A stretch of 64,000 nt of DNA from Eledone cirrhosa (lineage: Eukaryota), in contig OZ024740.1 of assembly GCA_964016885.1 (NCBI GenBank), forward strand, positions 112,344,001 to 112,408,000. Direction: 5' to 3'. This document shows positions 52,181 through 64,000 of the stretch, piece after piece. Within the stretch, counting starts at the first letter, position 1, and every line of letters starts with the position of its first letter. The notes under the pieces are model-generated. The model made no database searches. It was not told where the DNA came from and saw only the letters and a list, made by a program, of their open reading frames with translations. Made by a program: the position numbers and the translations under genes.

Positions 52181-52614
52181 AGATGTCACAAACTACCATC
52201 TTATGGTCAACCACTGTCTTACCATTGAGATGTCACAAGCTATCTTCTTATGATCAACCACTGTCTTACCATTGAAATGTCACAAACTACCATCTTATCA
52301 AGGTCAACCACTGTCTTACCATTGAGATGTCACAAACTATCATCTTATCATAGTCAACCACTGTCTTACCATTGGGATGTCACAAACTACCATCTTATGG
52401 TCAATCACTGTCTTACCATTGGCATGTCACAAACTATCATCTTATCATAGTCAACCACTGTTTTACCATTGAGATGTCAAAAACTACCATCTTATGAAGG
52501 TCAACCACTGTCTTATAATTGAGATGTCACAAATTACCATCTTATCAAGGTCAACCATTGTCTTACCATTGAGATGTCACAAACTACCATCTTATGGTCA
52601 ACCATTGTCTTACC
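52181..52614. repeat. 47-50 bp tandem repeat, ~9 copies
   Basis: AGATGTCACAAACTACCATCTTAT(CAA)GGTCAACCACTGTCTTACCATTG. Confidence 0.9.
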
Positions 52615-52767
52615 AACTCAACTGCTTCATTGTCATACATGTGGAGTGGTCCAGGCTGGCTCTGTGTTGTATCCTTGAGCAAGATGCTTCAATTCATGTT
52701 GTTCCAATCCATTCAGCTGAAAGCAATAATTACCATCAACAGCAGCTGGTGTGGTCAACCCTATGAC

Positions 52768-52966
52768 GCCCAGGTCTCTCAGCTAGGTGTCCCATTCAGA
52801 TGTCCTAACCAGATGTCCCATCCAATTATCTCAACCAAGTCCTATCTAGGTGTCCCATCCAGGTTTCTATCCATGTATCTCAGCCAGGTGTCTCCTCAAG
52901 GTGTCCCAACCAGGTGTCCTATTTAGGTGACCCATCTAGTCCCATCTAAGTGTCCCAGCAAGGTGT
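52768..52966. repeat. ~13-bp degenerate minisatellite AGGTGTCCCATCC
   Basis: Direct tandem units. Confidence 0.7.
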
Positions 52967-54880
52967 TGAAAGAGGGCCTCTTGTACTCTCAGCCAGCCAC
53001 ATAATACCAATGTGACAAAGATAAGCTATGTGGCCCAGTGGTTAAGGTCACATATATAATTCTTGTACTGGGCAGCATGAGCTTCTGAGCAAGATACTTG
53101 GGACAGACTTAATTAACTTAACTAATTCCCTCTAACAACTGATCAATTCCCTCCCACTAAATTTCTCATTCTGAGTTTTTTTATTAGATTTCATGCATAT
53201 ATATGCACAGACATACATACACACACTTGCTCCCACATACATACACTTGCTCCCACACACACACACATGCTCACACATACATACACACTCCCATATATAC
53301 ATACGCATACATATATACATCCATACACTCCCATACATACAAACATACATACTCCCATACATATATGTGATACTTCGCTATATAAATAATAGATGTCATA
53401 TATCTACATCCACATCGACTAGCATAATTTTGGTGAAAATCTATAAAGGGAAGGAAGTGTTTCCTATAAATATTGAAATCTGTGTGTTTGGTGAGCCAAG
53501 TCTTTGTCTAACTGTTATAGGTGTTTTTTATGTTATGTATATGGTTGAATAAATTTATGAATTACTTGACTCTTTACCATAACCTCTGCAGAGGTGATTC
53601 AGTGTAGTTTCTCTCTTTGAACTCCCCCCCCCCTCTCCTGGTACAAATTAGTTCTACTTATTTCACCACCAGTTCACTGTCCGGATCAGGTGGATGATCA
53701 CAGCACCTGGCGAGTAAGTGCTTTAGGGCAGTTTGCACAGATGAGTTTACTCCTCCTTCACATCATCATCATCATCATCATCATCATCACCACAGTAATA
53801 GTACCAAGCCAACCTTGACATTGCTTCACTTCATTAGACTCACAGGAACTGGAGTGTTACCTGTTATGGTTCATTGGTTATAATCAACAGTCTTTGAATG
53901 TATTTGGATAACACAGTTGATGTAGGCAACAACAATAACAATAATGATTTTTAATTAAGGTACAAGGCTAGCAATTTGGAAGGAAGTGAAAGTCAATTAT
54001 ATTGACACCTGTACTTGACTGATACTATTTTATTGGCTCCTGGAAGTCTGGGAGTCTAAATTGGCCTCAATGGAATTTGAACTGAAAATGTAAAAACTTG
54101 GAATAAATGCTGCAAAGCCTTTGATCTAATAAATACCAGCGATGCCAGTGAAGCTAGGGGCCAGAGACCAAAGCCACCAATTTTGATGGTAAGATGGGTT
54201 GTTGCCATCTGGTGCTATCAAACCACATGTTGCATATCTCCTTTGCATCATGTTGGGTGTAGGCACTGAGATCTGTGAGATGAGATATTTAACTATATCT
54301 ATAACAGAATATATTGTGAAATGTATAAAAACGCTTCGGTATGGCAAAGCAATTCTTAATTAGGAATAGAGCTGGATGCATCTCAGTCTGGTGCACTTTA
54401 CTCACAAGATTTCACATTATCATGATTTGTATTTTATTTGGACAAAGACATTTTCCTTGAGATCTTCTTGCAAACATGCACAAACACACATACCCATATA
54501 CACACATATTTTGAAAACCTACTCATTGTAGTATAAGTGAAGACTCTTACTGGGGACATACAGAAAATTTGATGTGAATTTGAAGGATTATGGAAATTTA
54601 TGATGATTTCTTACAGCTAAACTAACATCAATAACATTTTTTTCTTAATCTTTTCATAGGTATTATATATAGCTTGTAAAGAAATTTCGCCTCTATGATT
54701 TGATCTGACAAATTAGTGAGAAATAAAGAACCGGGTTTAAAAATTTAGGCTTTTTTTTCTATTTCCATGAGAATAGGTTGATGAAAGCTGTGTACTGAAT
54801 AACCACTTAGACAAAATAAAATATGATAGGTTCAATAGGATGATAGATTTTTAGTGTCATTTTTATTATTATTATTTTTT

Positions 54881-55062
54881 GAATTGGCAGTATCGGTAGA
54901 GGGTTGGACGCCATGCTTTCTAGCATAGTTACGTCCCTTTACAGTCTGAGTTCAAATCCCGCCGAGGTTAACTTTGCCTTTCATCCTTACGGGGTCGATA
55001 AAATAAAGTACCAGTAATGTACTGGGTAATTGCTGGCCTTGTGCCTAAAGTAGAAACAATTA
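54881..55062 (+). mobile_element. Nin-type SINE
   Basis: Near full-length copy. Confidence 0.85.
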
Positions 55063-55723
55063 TTTTTGTCAAGTTTATATTAAGTACATTTTACTGTTAC
55101 TGGTGCCATAGTGGTTAAAGTGTTAGGCAGCTCATTGTAAGGTCATGAGTTTGTTTTCAAGACCAAGTAGTGGGTTTTACTCAGCTGAAACTTTGTTGCT
55201 AAAGAGTTGGTCTTCGATCTTAAGATCATGGGTGTGATTTCCAGACAAACTGGTACATTGTATCCTTGAATAAGGTCCTTAATTTCATGCTTCAGTCCAC
55301 TCAGGTGAAAGGAGGAGTATCAGCAGCAGCTATTTGGTGTCCAGTCCAAGGGTGTCATGTACTCTCAATAACTGACAGCCACATGAAACTGGGAAAGCTC
55401 AAGTCTGTTGAGCATCTAGGCTTGAGGAAAACTACCTTTTAACTTTATGTAGTTATATATGTGTGTGTGTGTGTGCAAGAATGCGTGTGAGTATGTATGT
55501 GTGGATATCCATGTAGAATAATGTGGTCATAGTTAAAATTGTGAGATAATTCCATCTTGAATTCCTTTCATCATAGGTTTGACTTAATCAGGAGGCTGAC
55601 GTAGGGCTAAACAACAGCAACAACAATAACAAGAGCAAAAACAATAAATAATCAGGAGAAACTGCGAAAGTGATAAATATATTGGCTTCCAAAAATGTTA
55701 TTGTTTATAAAAATTAGCAACAA

Positions 55724-57086
55724 ATCATCATCGTCATCGTTTAACGTCCATTTTCCACGCTAGCATGGGTCTGGACGGGAATTGTCCCACTTGAGGCAAG
55801 ATTGGTTGTCTTGTTCAGGACTGTCTGGCGGGTTTTCTACGGCTGGATGCCCTTCCTAGCACCAACCACGTTTACAGTGTGGACTGGGAGGTTTTTACCG
55901 TGTTACATACACGGCCACATTACAGCGTGGGCTGTGTGTTTTTTTGTCGTGACACCTACACGACCTCATTTGTTTCGGACTGGATGTTGTGGTACCAACA
56001 TAACTTCACATTTAAGGGGGTGGTGTGGATGGGGTGGGGGTAGTGGGACGGGGGTGTATTTTGTTAGAGGTGCTTATTGACTGTAGGTTTCGCTTTGTAC
56101 TTAGGCAAGGCGGGTCTTCTGTATAACTGTGTAGCACCAAAGATCTCGGTCCAGTGACATTGTCTTGGAGAGGTGTAAGTGTGTGAGGTCGGAATTTATC
56201 AAGTCGTCCCAGGTTTTTCTGGGTCTACCTACTCCGTGGCTACCGTCTATTTTTATCGCCCTGCACTTTTTTATACAGCTGTCGTCTTTCATGCGCATCA
56301 CGTGACTGTACCAACGTAGTCTTCCCTCGAGTAAACAACATCTGATCCCTCTTATTCCTAATTTCTCCCTTAGTTTGTTTATGCTTTGCCGTTCATGTAT
56401 ATTACTATTACACACCCAGCGAAGCATGCAAGCTTCGTTTCTCTCCAGTGTGCGTATATCCTCTGCACACAATGCCCAGGTCTCACTGCCATGTAACATT
56501 GCTGTTCGTGTGCAGGCATCATACAACTTGCCTTTCATTTTTAGCGAGAACCCTTTAGCGGCCAATAGTGGTATAAGCTCTCTGAACTTTTTCCATCCCG
56601 TTCTGACTCTAGCTACTGTACTTTCAGAGCACCCTCCCCACTGCTGATTTTGTCACCCAGGTAACGGAAGCTGTCCACTATTTCTATAAAACCATCTGTG
56701 CAATGGAATGAGCTAGTATTCTGTGGGCACTTGCTGCTACTTATTGCACCAGAGCACCGGCCACATTTAAAATCTATATTCTTAGTTAGCTTACCTGTGA
56801 TCCCACTACATCTTTTATGCACCCTTACTTTGCATTTGGGACATAAAATGGAGTTTCTGCCTACTCCTTTCCTACACACTGAGCATGGCCATTTCCCAGA
56901 TGGGACCGGTGCCCTATTTTCCTTCCTACAAACTAGAACTTTAGTCTTAGACAAGTTAACTTTAAGGCCTTTTGATTCTAGGCCATGCTTCCATGTTTGG
57001 AATTTCTTCTCTAGTTCAGCCATTGATTCAGCTATGAGTGTTAGATCATCTGCATATAGGAGTTCCCATGGACAGCCGGTCTTGAA
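55724..57086 (-). mobile_element. RTE family A, 5'-truncated, one frameshift
   Basis: ORFs 56613-57023 and 56101-56565, plus 3'UTR. Confidence 0.95.
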
Positions 57087-57339
57087 AACAGAAAATAAAA
57101 ACTGCCAGACAATGTTAAATGTACTTGAAAAAATATCATCTCATTTACCAAATGTTTTAGTCATTTTGGTACCAACCTTTCTGAATTTACTCTGATTCTA
57201 TGATCCCCCCTTCTCCGAAATGCCCACTTCAAAATGTCCATACTTTTATTGAAACCTTATATTTAAGAAATTTTGCTAATGTTCCAGACAGGGCCTATGA
57301 GAGTGGTGTCGAGCCAGTACTTTGTTCCAGGGCCCAAGA

Positions 57340-57990
57340 ACTAAGAAGAGCCCCACAGCAACCCGTGCTGGATGTTGGTGTTAAGAGACGGGCTGAGCTG
57401 TCAACTTTTCACCATCTAGTTATCTGCAGCTTGAAACTACCTAAAGCCAAAGAAGCCCACAAAAATGACAGGTCCAGGGCGACCTACAGGATAAAGTGGG
57501 AAACATTGGTGGATAAGGAAGTCAGGACCAGGTATGCAGATACTATTGCATCTAAATTCAGAGAACACCCTGAGCAAACTGAGGATGTTAAGACAGAGTG
57601 GAGATTGTTCAGCACAGCAGTCTCTGCTTCAGCTGGCAAAAGAATTGCAGTAGCTAGTGCAGTAATGTGCCAGCTTCAGCATTCAGTTATCAGAAGGGAG
57701 GTAGGCATACAATCTAAACTCACTATCTTCAATTTAGTATTCATGCCAACTCTTACCTATGACCATGATTTTGGGGTAATGACCGAAAGAATGCGACCGC
57801 GAATACAATTGGCCGAAATGGGATTCCTTCGAACAGTATTTGAAGTAACGTTACTCAATAGAGTACATAGCTCGGAGATCAAAGATTCACTCCAGGTAGA
57901 AGCTCTACTTCTTCGAATTGAGAGATCATAGCTCTGATACTGTGGGCAGATTTTACAGGCAAAACCAACTGGTAGGAGACGCAGGGGTGA
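57340..57990 (+). mobile_element. Internally deleted RTE family B fragment
   Basis: LDVGVKRRAELSTFHHLVIC (APE end) is joined to KRIAVAS...AEMGFLR...LQVEALLLRIERS (post-RT region); the RT core is absent. Confidence 0.7.
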
Positions 57991-58540
57991 AGAAGAAAAG
58001 AGGGGAGGGGGGAGGAAGAGGAGGAGGTGACAGAGACAACGAAGATGGAAAAGATGTCTATTTGTTGTGTGCATCAGACCATCCACACACACACATTTCC
58101 ATAAATGCATTTCATTTTGTTAATAATTATGTATTGATTTAACATAGTCTCAAGTATTTCATCTCTATATTTTGGGTGTGTGAGTGTGTATGTGTGACCA
58201 AAAGGCATAAATCAGTGTGTTATATTGAAAATTAAAGTGAATATTAGTAATATAGGAAAGTCTATATGTATATGTAATATAGTGCATGTTTATGTGTGTG
58301 TATGTATGCATGTTGTACACATCACAAATACATTGGATTTTTATACATACAGAATTACATATACACACATATACGCCATAAACAATTTTCTTTATGTCCA
58401 TATGTCATTTTTTGGTCATAAAATTTACATAATTATTTATGTAAATGAATGTTTGTGTGTATCTATATCATCACAAGACGTCTATAAAATTCAATATATA
58501 TATGTATATGCATATATATATGTATATATGCGTATATATG

Positions 58541-58617
<77 letters not shown>

Positions 58618-59036
58618 TCCTTCATCGGTCTATTTTCATATATAATTTACCTTACCTAGAAACCTACAAACCCAGTTAATAATGGTTCATCTGCCTCTTT
58701 ATATTCTCCTGTTGTACAGTCTATTATTGAAGTGTCTGTGCCAATTTCATAAAGTAATTCCTGTTACAAGAAAAGCAACATGTTTCTTTTTTTAAAACTC
58801 CTTCTCAATTGTTGTTGTTATGTAGCCTAAATGTCTTAACCACTCAGCCATGCCTGTGTCTATATATGAATATGTGTGTGTGTATATATATATATATATA
58901 TCAAAAATTTATTTATCTCTAATATATTCAGACATCTGAATGAAAAGATAAAATATCAACTCAGAGAAGCAATTAAGCATATTAAACTGAAGCCAAAATC
59001 ATGATTGGGGGATATAACTTAGACATGCATATATAT

Positions 59037-59118
<82 letters not shown>

Positions 59119-59215
59119 TCATCATCATCATCATTATTTTTTTTACGCCCGCTTTTCCATACTTATATATATATATGTATATATACATGCATAGGACTAT
59201 ATGTATATGACTATA

Positions 59216-59262
<47 letters not shown>

Positions 59263-60529
59263 ATATATGTGTGTATGTATGTATGTATGTATGTATGTAT
59301 GCATGCATGCATATATATATCACTAGCAACTCCACGTGGTTCCTCCTTTTACTGTTTTTCCTCTCTCTTGTCTGACTTTATTTTTCTTCTCTCTCTCAAA
59401 CATCCTCACTGTTACACTAAGAAACCAAGTTCTGTTTTCTTTGTAAGTTTGATTCACATTATAGTGTTGTGTCCTTCAGCAAGACACTTTATACCATGTT
59501 ACTCCAGCCCACTCAGCTGGCACAAATGAGTTGTACCTGTAATTCAAAGAGCCAGTCTTGTCACATGCTGTACCATGATGGATCTTTCTAAGAATTACGT
59601 TAAGGATACACATGTCTGTGGAATGTTTAGTCACCTGCATGTTAATTTCCGAAGCAGGCTGTCCCTAGGTCAAACAACTGGGGTACTTGTTGGAACCTAT
59701 GTGGGTCCAACACAACACCCACTCATACAGAGCTTACATGATCTGTCTACTCACTGGCAGGACAATTTATATTTTTCTTTATGCACTCACACATTTTCTC
59801 TTGACTACCATTATGCTTCAGAAATTACATTAACTGTTCTTGTATCTGAATTAATTCACCCAAATAGGTAAAAACCATTCCTGGGTAAATACATATAATT
59901 CATAAAAAATGTAAAATAAATCGTATTAATTATGTTGTAGATTACATGTGTGTGTGTAGAAACCTGTAGATGAAAGATGAAGGAAAACAGTGTTCAGCCT
60001 GTTGTAAGAGAGCTTATGTAGTATAAAGAAAGTTTTGTACACTTAATATGTATGTACAACCATTGGTTTTGGGGTCCAGTTGTAGCCAACACTACATATT
60101 GAAGGAGGCACTTTTAAACTGGCCCTTCCTCAGGCATGTGAACAGATATATGTGTTTGTGTGAATATGCATTTGCATGTGTTGGTATGGTTGATGAGAAT
60201 CAATAGTGGAAAAGATGACAAAGTGGTGGTGATGATGGTGGTGCTGTTGTATGCATGGGAGCGGAGAAATGGTGATGGTGACAAAATATTCTTTTAACAA
60301 ACTTGAAATTCTGCCCTCTCCATACATTCCAACTTAATTCTCCAAAAATTTCCTATCAAGATGTTGAACAGAATTTGAAAAAAACAAAACAATTCTTTAT
60401 TTCTGTTCCATTAAAAATATTTGTTTCTAATTTCAATACTTGGCCAAAAGTTTGGTAGGGAATGATAAGATGTATTATATAAAAAAATGTTTAAAATATT
60501 TCTTGAGCCCAGAGACTCATCAGGCCAAT

Positions 60530-60765
60530 GCTTATCCCAGTTTACGGAGCATTAAGTGACTAAGAATACAAGATTCTCTCCTGGATAGGATGCCAGTCTA
60601 TTGCAGGGTTAAACTCCCAGATTCTGCTGGTGCTCATTTTCAGCTGAGTATACTGGAGCAATGTGAAATAAAGTGTTTTGCTCACAACACACAACCTAGT
60701 TGAGGAATCAAACCCACAATATTATGATCATAAGTCCAACAGCCTTACCACTATACCACTAGCCC
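60530..60765 (-). mobile_element. Diverged CORE-type SINE
   Basis: CACTTTATTTCACATTGCTCCAGT core and a tRNA-like head. Confidence 0.55.
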
Positions 60766-60809
60766 CTGAATTATATTGACCTCCGTAATTAACTGACACT
60801 ATATTTTTA

Positions 60810-61000
60810 ACAACTACAGTAGAGAGAAAGGCAAAGTTAACCTCAGTGGGATTATCAACCACAGTAGAGAGAAAGGCAAAGTTAACCTCAGTGGGATTAT
60901 CAACCACAGTAGAGAGAAAGGCAAAGTTAACCTCAGTGGGATTATCAACTACAGTAGAGTAGAAGGCAAAGATAGATTCAGTGGGATTTGAACTCATAAT
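60810..61000 (-). repeat. 45-bp tandem repeat (3+ copies) derived from a Nin-type SINE
   Basis: Units start at 60817, 60862, 60907 and 60952. Confidence 0.85.
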
Positions 61001-61736
61001 GTAAAACAGCCAAAACAAATACTACATACCATTTTGTCATGCTCTAATGGTTGTTTCTGCCTATTCACCATTCTGTGTTCTTCCCTCCCTTTTATCTAGG
61101 TTGTTCCCTCCCTTTTTTTTGATTAAAGATAATGGCCTCTAATTTAGAGATGAGGACAGAAATTTTGTGGGGAGAGTTAATAAGCCACTTTTATCAAAAC
61201 CTGAAGCTTGAAAATCAAAGTTGATCTTAGTGAGATTTGACACAATGATAAATAATCCAGTCCAACCTGTCAGTTTGTTGTTTTGGTGCCATGATAGAAA
61301 GCACCCAGTCCATGTTGTAAATATGGGAAGTGTTCGGAAGGGAATCTAGCCATAGAAACAGTCACAAGTTAGAAACTGTGGGATGTAAGACATGCCCAAA
61401 CAGTCCTTAGCTAAATTCATTTTATCCAGTGATAGCTTTAAACTTCCTTCTTTTCCTTCAAATAGAGAATCACATATATTCATGCCTTCCTGTATAATGT
61501 GTATGTGTGTGTATGTATATATATACTCATACATTTTTACTCAAATAAATTTGCATAAAAAACATGGAATATTTGTTCTGCTTTAGAGATAAGTATTTTA
61601 AAGAAAACTATATATATATATTTCGTTTCTGAATTTGTTTAGCAAGATTCTTTATCTGAAAACGTGTGTTGAAACCGATATTGTTATACTGGTGCGTGTT
61701 TCTTATTGGCAACATAACCCTTCCAAAGTATAACAA

Positions 61737-61818
<82 letters not shown>

Positions 61819-61861
61819 TACATACATACACACACATGTGCATATATATGTATATATATTA

Positions 61862-62050
61862 TAATTGTTTCTACTTTTTGGCACACAGCCAACAATTACC
61901 CGAGTTCATTACTGGTACTTTATTTTATCAACCCTGTAAGGATGAAAGGCAAAGTTAACCTTGGCGGGATTTGAACTCAGAATGGCAAGGGCCGTAACTC
62001 TATGCATCAAAGCATGGCGTCCAACCCTCTACCGATACTGTCAATCCACC
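61862..62050 (-). mobile_element. Nin-type SINE
   Basis: Near full-length copy. Confidence 0.85.
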
Positions 62051-62096
62051 ATTATAATGAAATATAATATAAATCTAAATATTTCATTAGCCATAT

Positions 62097-63319
62097 ATCA
62101 TCATCATCATCATCATCATCGTTTAACGTCCATGTTCCATGCTTGCATGGGTTTGGACGGGAGTTTTCCCACTTGAGGCAAGAGTGGTTGTCTTGCTCGC
62201 ATAGGACTGTCTGGCGGGTTTTCTACAGCTGGATGCCCTTCCTAACACCAACCACATTTACAGTGTGGGACTGGGAGGTTTTTACCGTGTTACCTACACG
62301 GCCACATTACAGCGTGGACTGTGTTTTTTTTTGTCATGACACCTACACGATCTCATATGTTTCGGCTGGATGGTGTGGCACCAACATAACTTTACATTGA
62401 AAGGGGCGGTGTGGATGGGGTGGGGGTGGTGGGACGAGGGTGTATTTTGTTAGAGATGCCTGCTGACTGTAGTAGGTTTTACTTTGTATTTAGGTAACGC
62501 GGGTCTTCTCTATTACTGAGTACCGCCAAAGGTCTTGGTCCAGTGACATTGTCTTGGAGAGGTGTAAGTGTGTGAGGTCGGAATTTATCAGCTCGTCCCA
62601 GGTTTTTCTGGGTCTGCCTACTCCGTGGCTACCATCTATCTTTATTGCCCTGCACTTTGCTATACAGCTGTCGTCTTTCATGCGCATCACGTGACCATAC
62701 CAACGTAGCCTTCTCTTGAGTAAACAACATCTGATCCCTCTTATTTCTAATTTTTTCCTTAGTTCGTCTATGCTTTGTCGTTCACGTATATTACTATTAC
62801 ACATCCAGCGGAGCATGCAAGCTTCATTCCTCTTTAGTCTGCGTATATCCTCTGCACACAATGCCCTGGTCTCACTGCCATGCAACATTGCTGTTCGTAT
62901 GCAGGCATCATACAACCTGCCTTTCATTTTTAGGGAGAACCCTTTAGCGGCTAATAGTGGTATAAGCTCTCTGAACTTTTTCCATCCAGTTCTGACTCTA
63001 GCTACTGTACTTTCAGAGCACCCTCCCCCACTGCTGATTTTGTCACCCAGGTAACGGAAGCTGTCCACTATTTCTATAGAACCCTCTGCGCAATTGAAAG
63101 AGCTAGTATTTTGTGGGCACTTGCTGCTACTTATTGCACCAGAGCACCGGCCACATGTAAAATCTGTGTTCTTAGTTAGCTTACCTGTGATCCCACTACA
63201 TCTTTTATGCACCCATACTTTGCATTTGGGACATAAAATGGAGTTTCTACCTACGCCTTTCCTACACACTGAGCATGGCCATTTCCCGGAAGGGACCGGC
63301 GCCTTATTTTCTTTCCTAC
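62097..63319 (-). mobile_element. RTE family A, 5'-truncated
   Basis: ORF 62490-63269 plus 3'UTR and (GAT)n. Confidence 0.95.
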
Positions 63320-63345
63320 ATCTGCCTCCTTTCAGCTTTGTTTAT

Positions 63346-63391
<46 letters not shown>

Positions 63392-63443
63392 ATATAAAAT
63401 AAGTTATATATAACTTGGTGTATGTGTGTATGTGTATATATAA

Positions 63444-63509
<66 letters not shown>

Positions 63510-64000
63510 TATATATAATATATATATATATATATAAACATAAACAAAGCTGAAAGGAGGCAGATAGGTTGTGTTGTATATTAAGAATTTATAATAAATT
63601 ACTTCAAAAGCAAGCAAAACTGTAAAATGAATGAAGAAGTGAGTAATGGTGTTGTGGTGGTGATTGTTATAGTTATGGTATACGTGATGGTGGTGGTGTT
63701 GTAGATGGTGGTATTGCTGTATGTAATAGTGATGATGTATGTTGTAAAGCTGCTGGTGGTTTATGTAGTGCAAGTAGCAATAGCAGTGGTGTGTTGTTGT
63801 TGTTGTTGTTGGTGGTGGTGTTTGTAGTTATACTGGTGGATGTGTCAGCAGTGATGGGTGGGTTATAGTGGTAGTGAAGGCATGCATTTGTGTATGAGTG
63901 GGTTCTTCAGACATTTGGTGTGGGCTATTTTAGGGGATTTGATTTAATTTTCTGTTAGAAAAGAAAAATAAGCAATATTCATATCTATCTTTCAATTTAT

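Noticed and set aside
52181-52614. CRISPR-like regular array
   Set aside because: Contiguous tandem units without unique spacers, no cas genes, and a eukaryotic context.
53673-53713. 41-nt plus-strand exon (CACCAG...GTAAGT)
   Set aside because: Weak polypyrimidine tract and no partner exons; such signals are expected by chance.
57200-57931. 243-aa ORF as a host gene
   Set aside because: It is a fusion of RTE endonuclease-end and post-RT segments with a chance N-terminus.

Overview
AT-rich, repeat-saturated animal genomic DNA, intergenic or intronic. The mix of RTE LINEs, two tRNA-derived SINE families and very long (TA)n tracts looks like an octopus or other cephalopod (inference). No host gene can be called, and most listed ORFs are microsatellite artefacts. 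The window holds eight copies of one RTE LINE family whose RT carries an inserted PHD-type zinc finger (one copy has an intact 2.5-kb reading frame), older RTE/RTEX and Tx1-like fragments, many SINEs, a mariner fragment, MITEs and several Penelope-like elements (PLEs). The main hidden signal is hammerhead ribozymes found by manual folding: about 11 well-formed motifs from six unrelated families, plus degenerate ones. They include a U3-A8 core variant, a form with a ~100-nt stem II, and a non-coding ~470-510 bp tandem unit with one ribozyme per unit (candidate retrozyme/circRNA). Nearly all sit near element ends that abut (TA)n. Element boundaries are approximate and ribozyme activity is untested.
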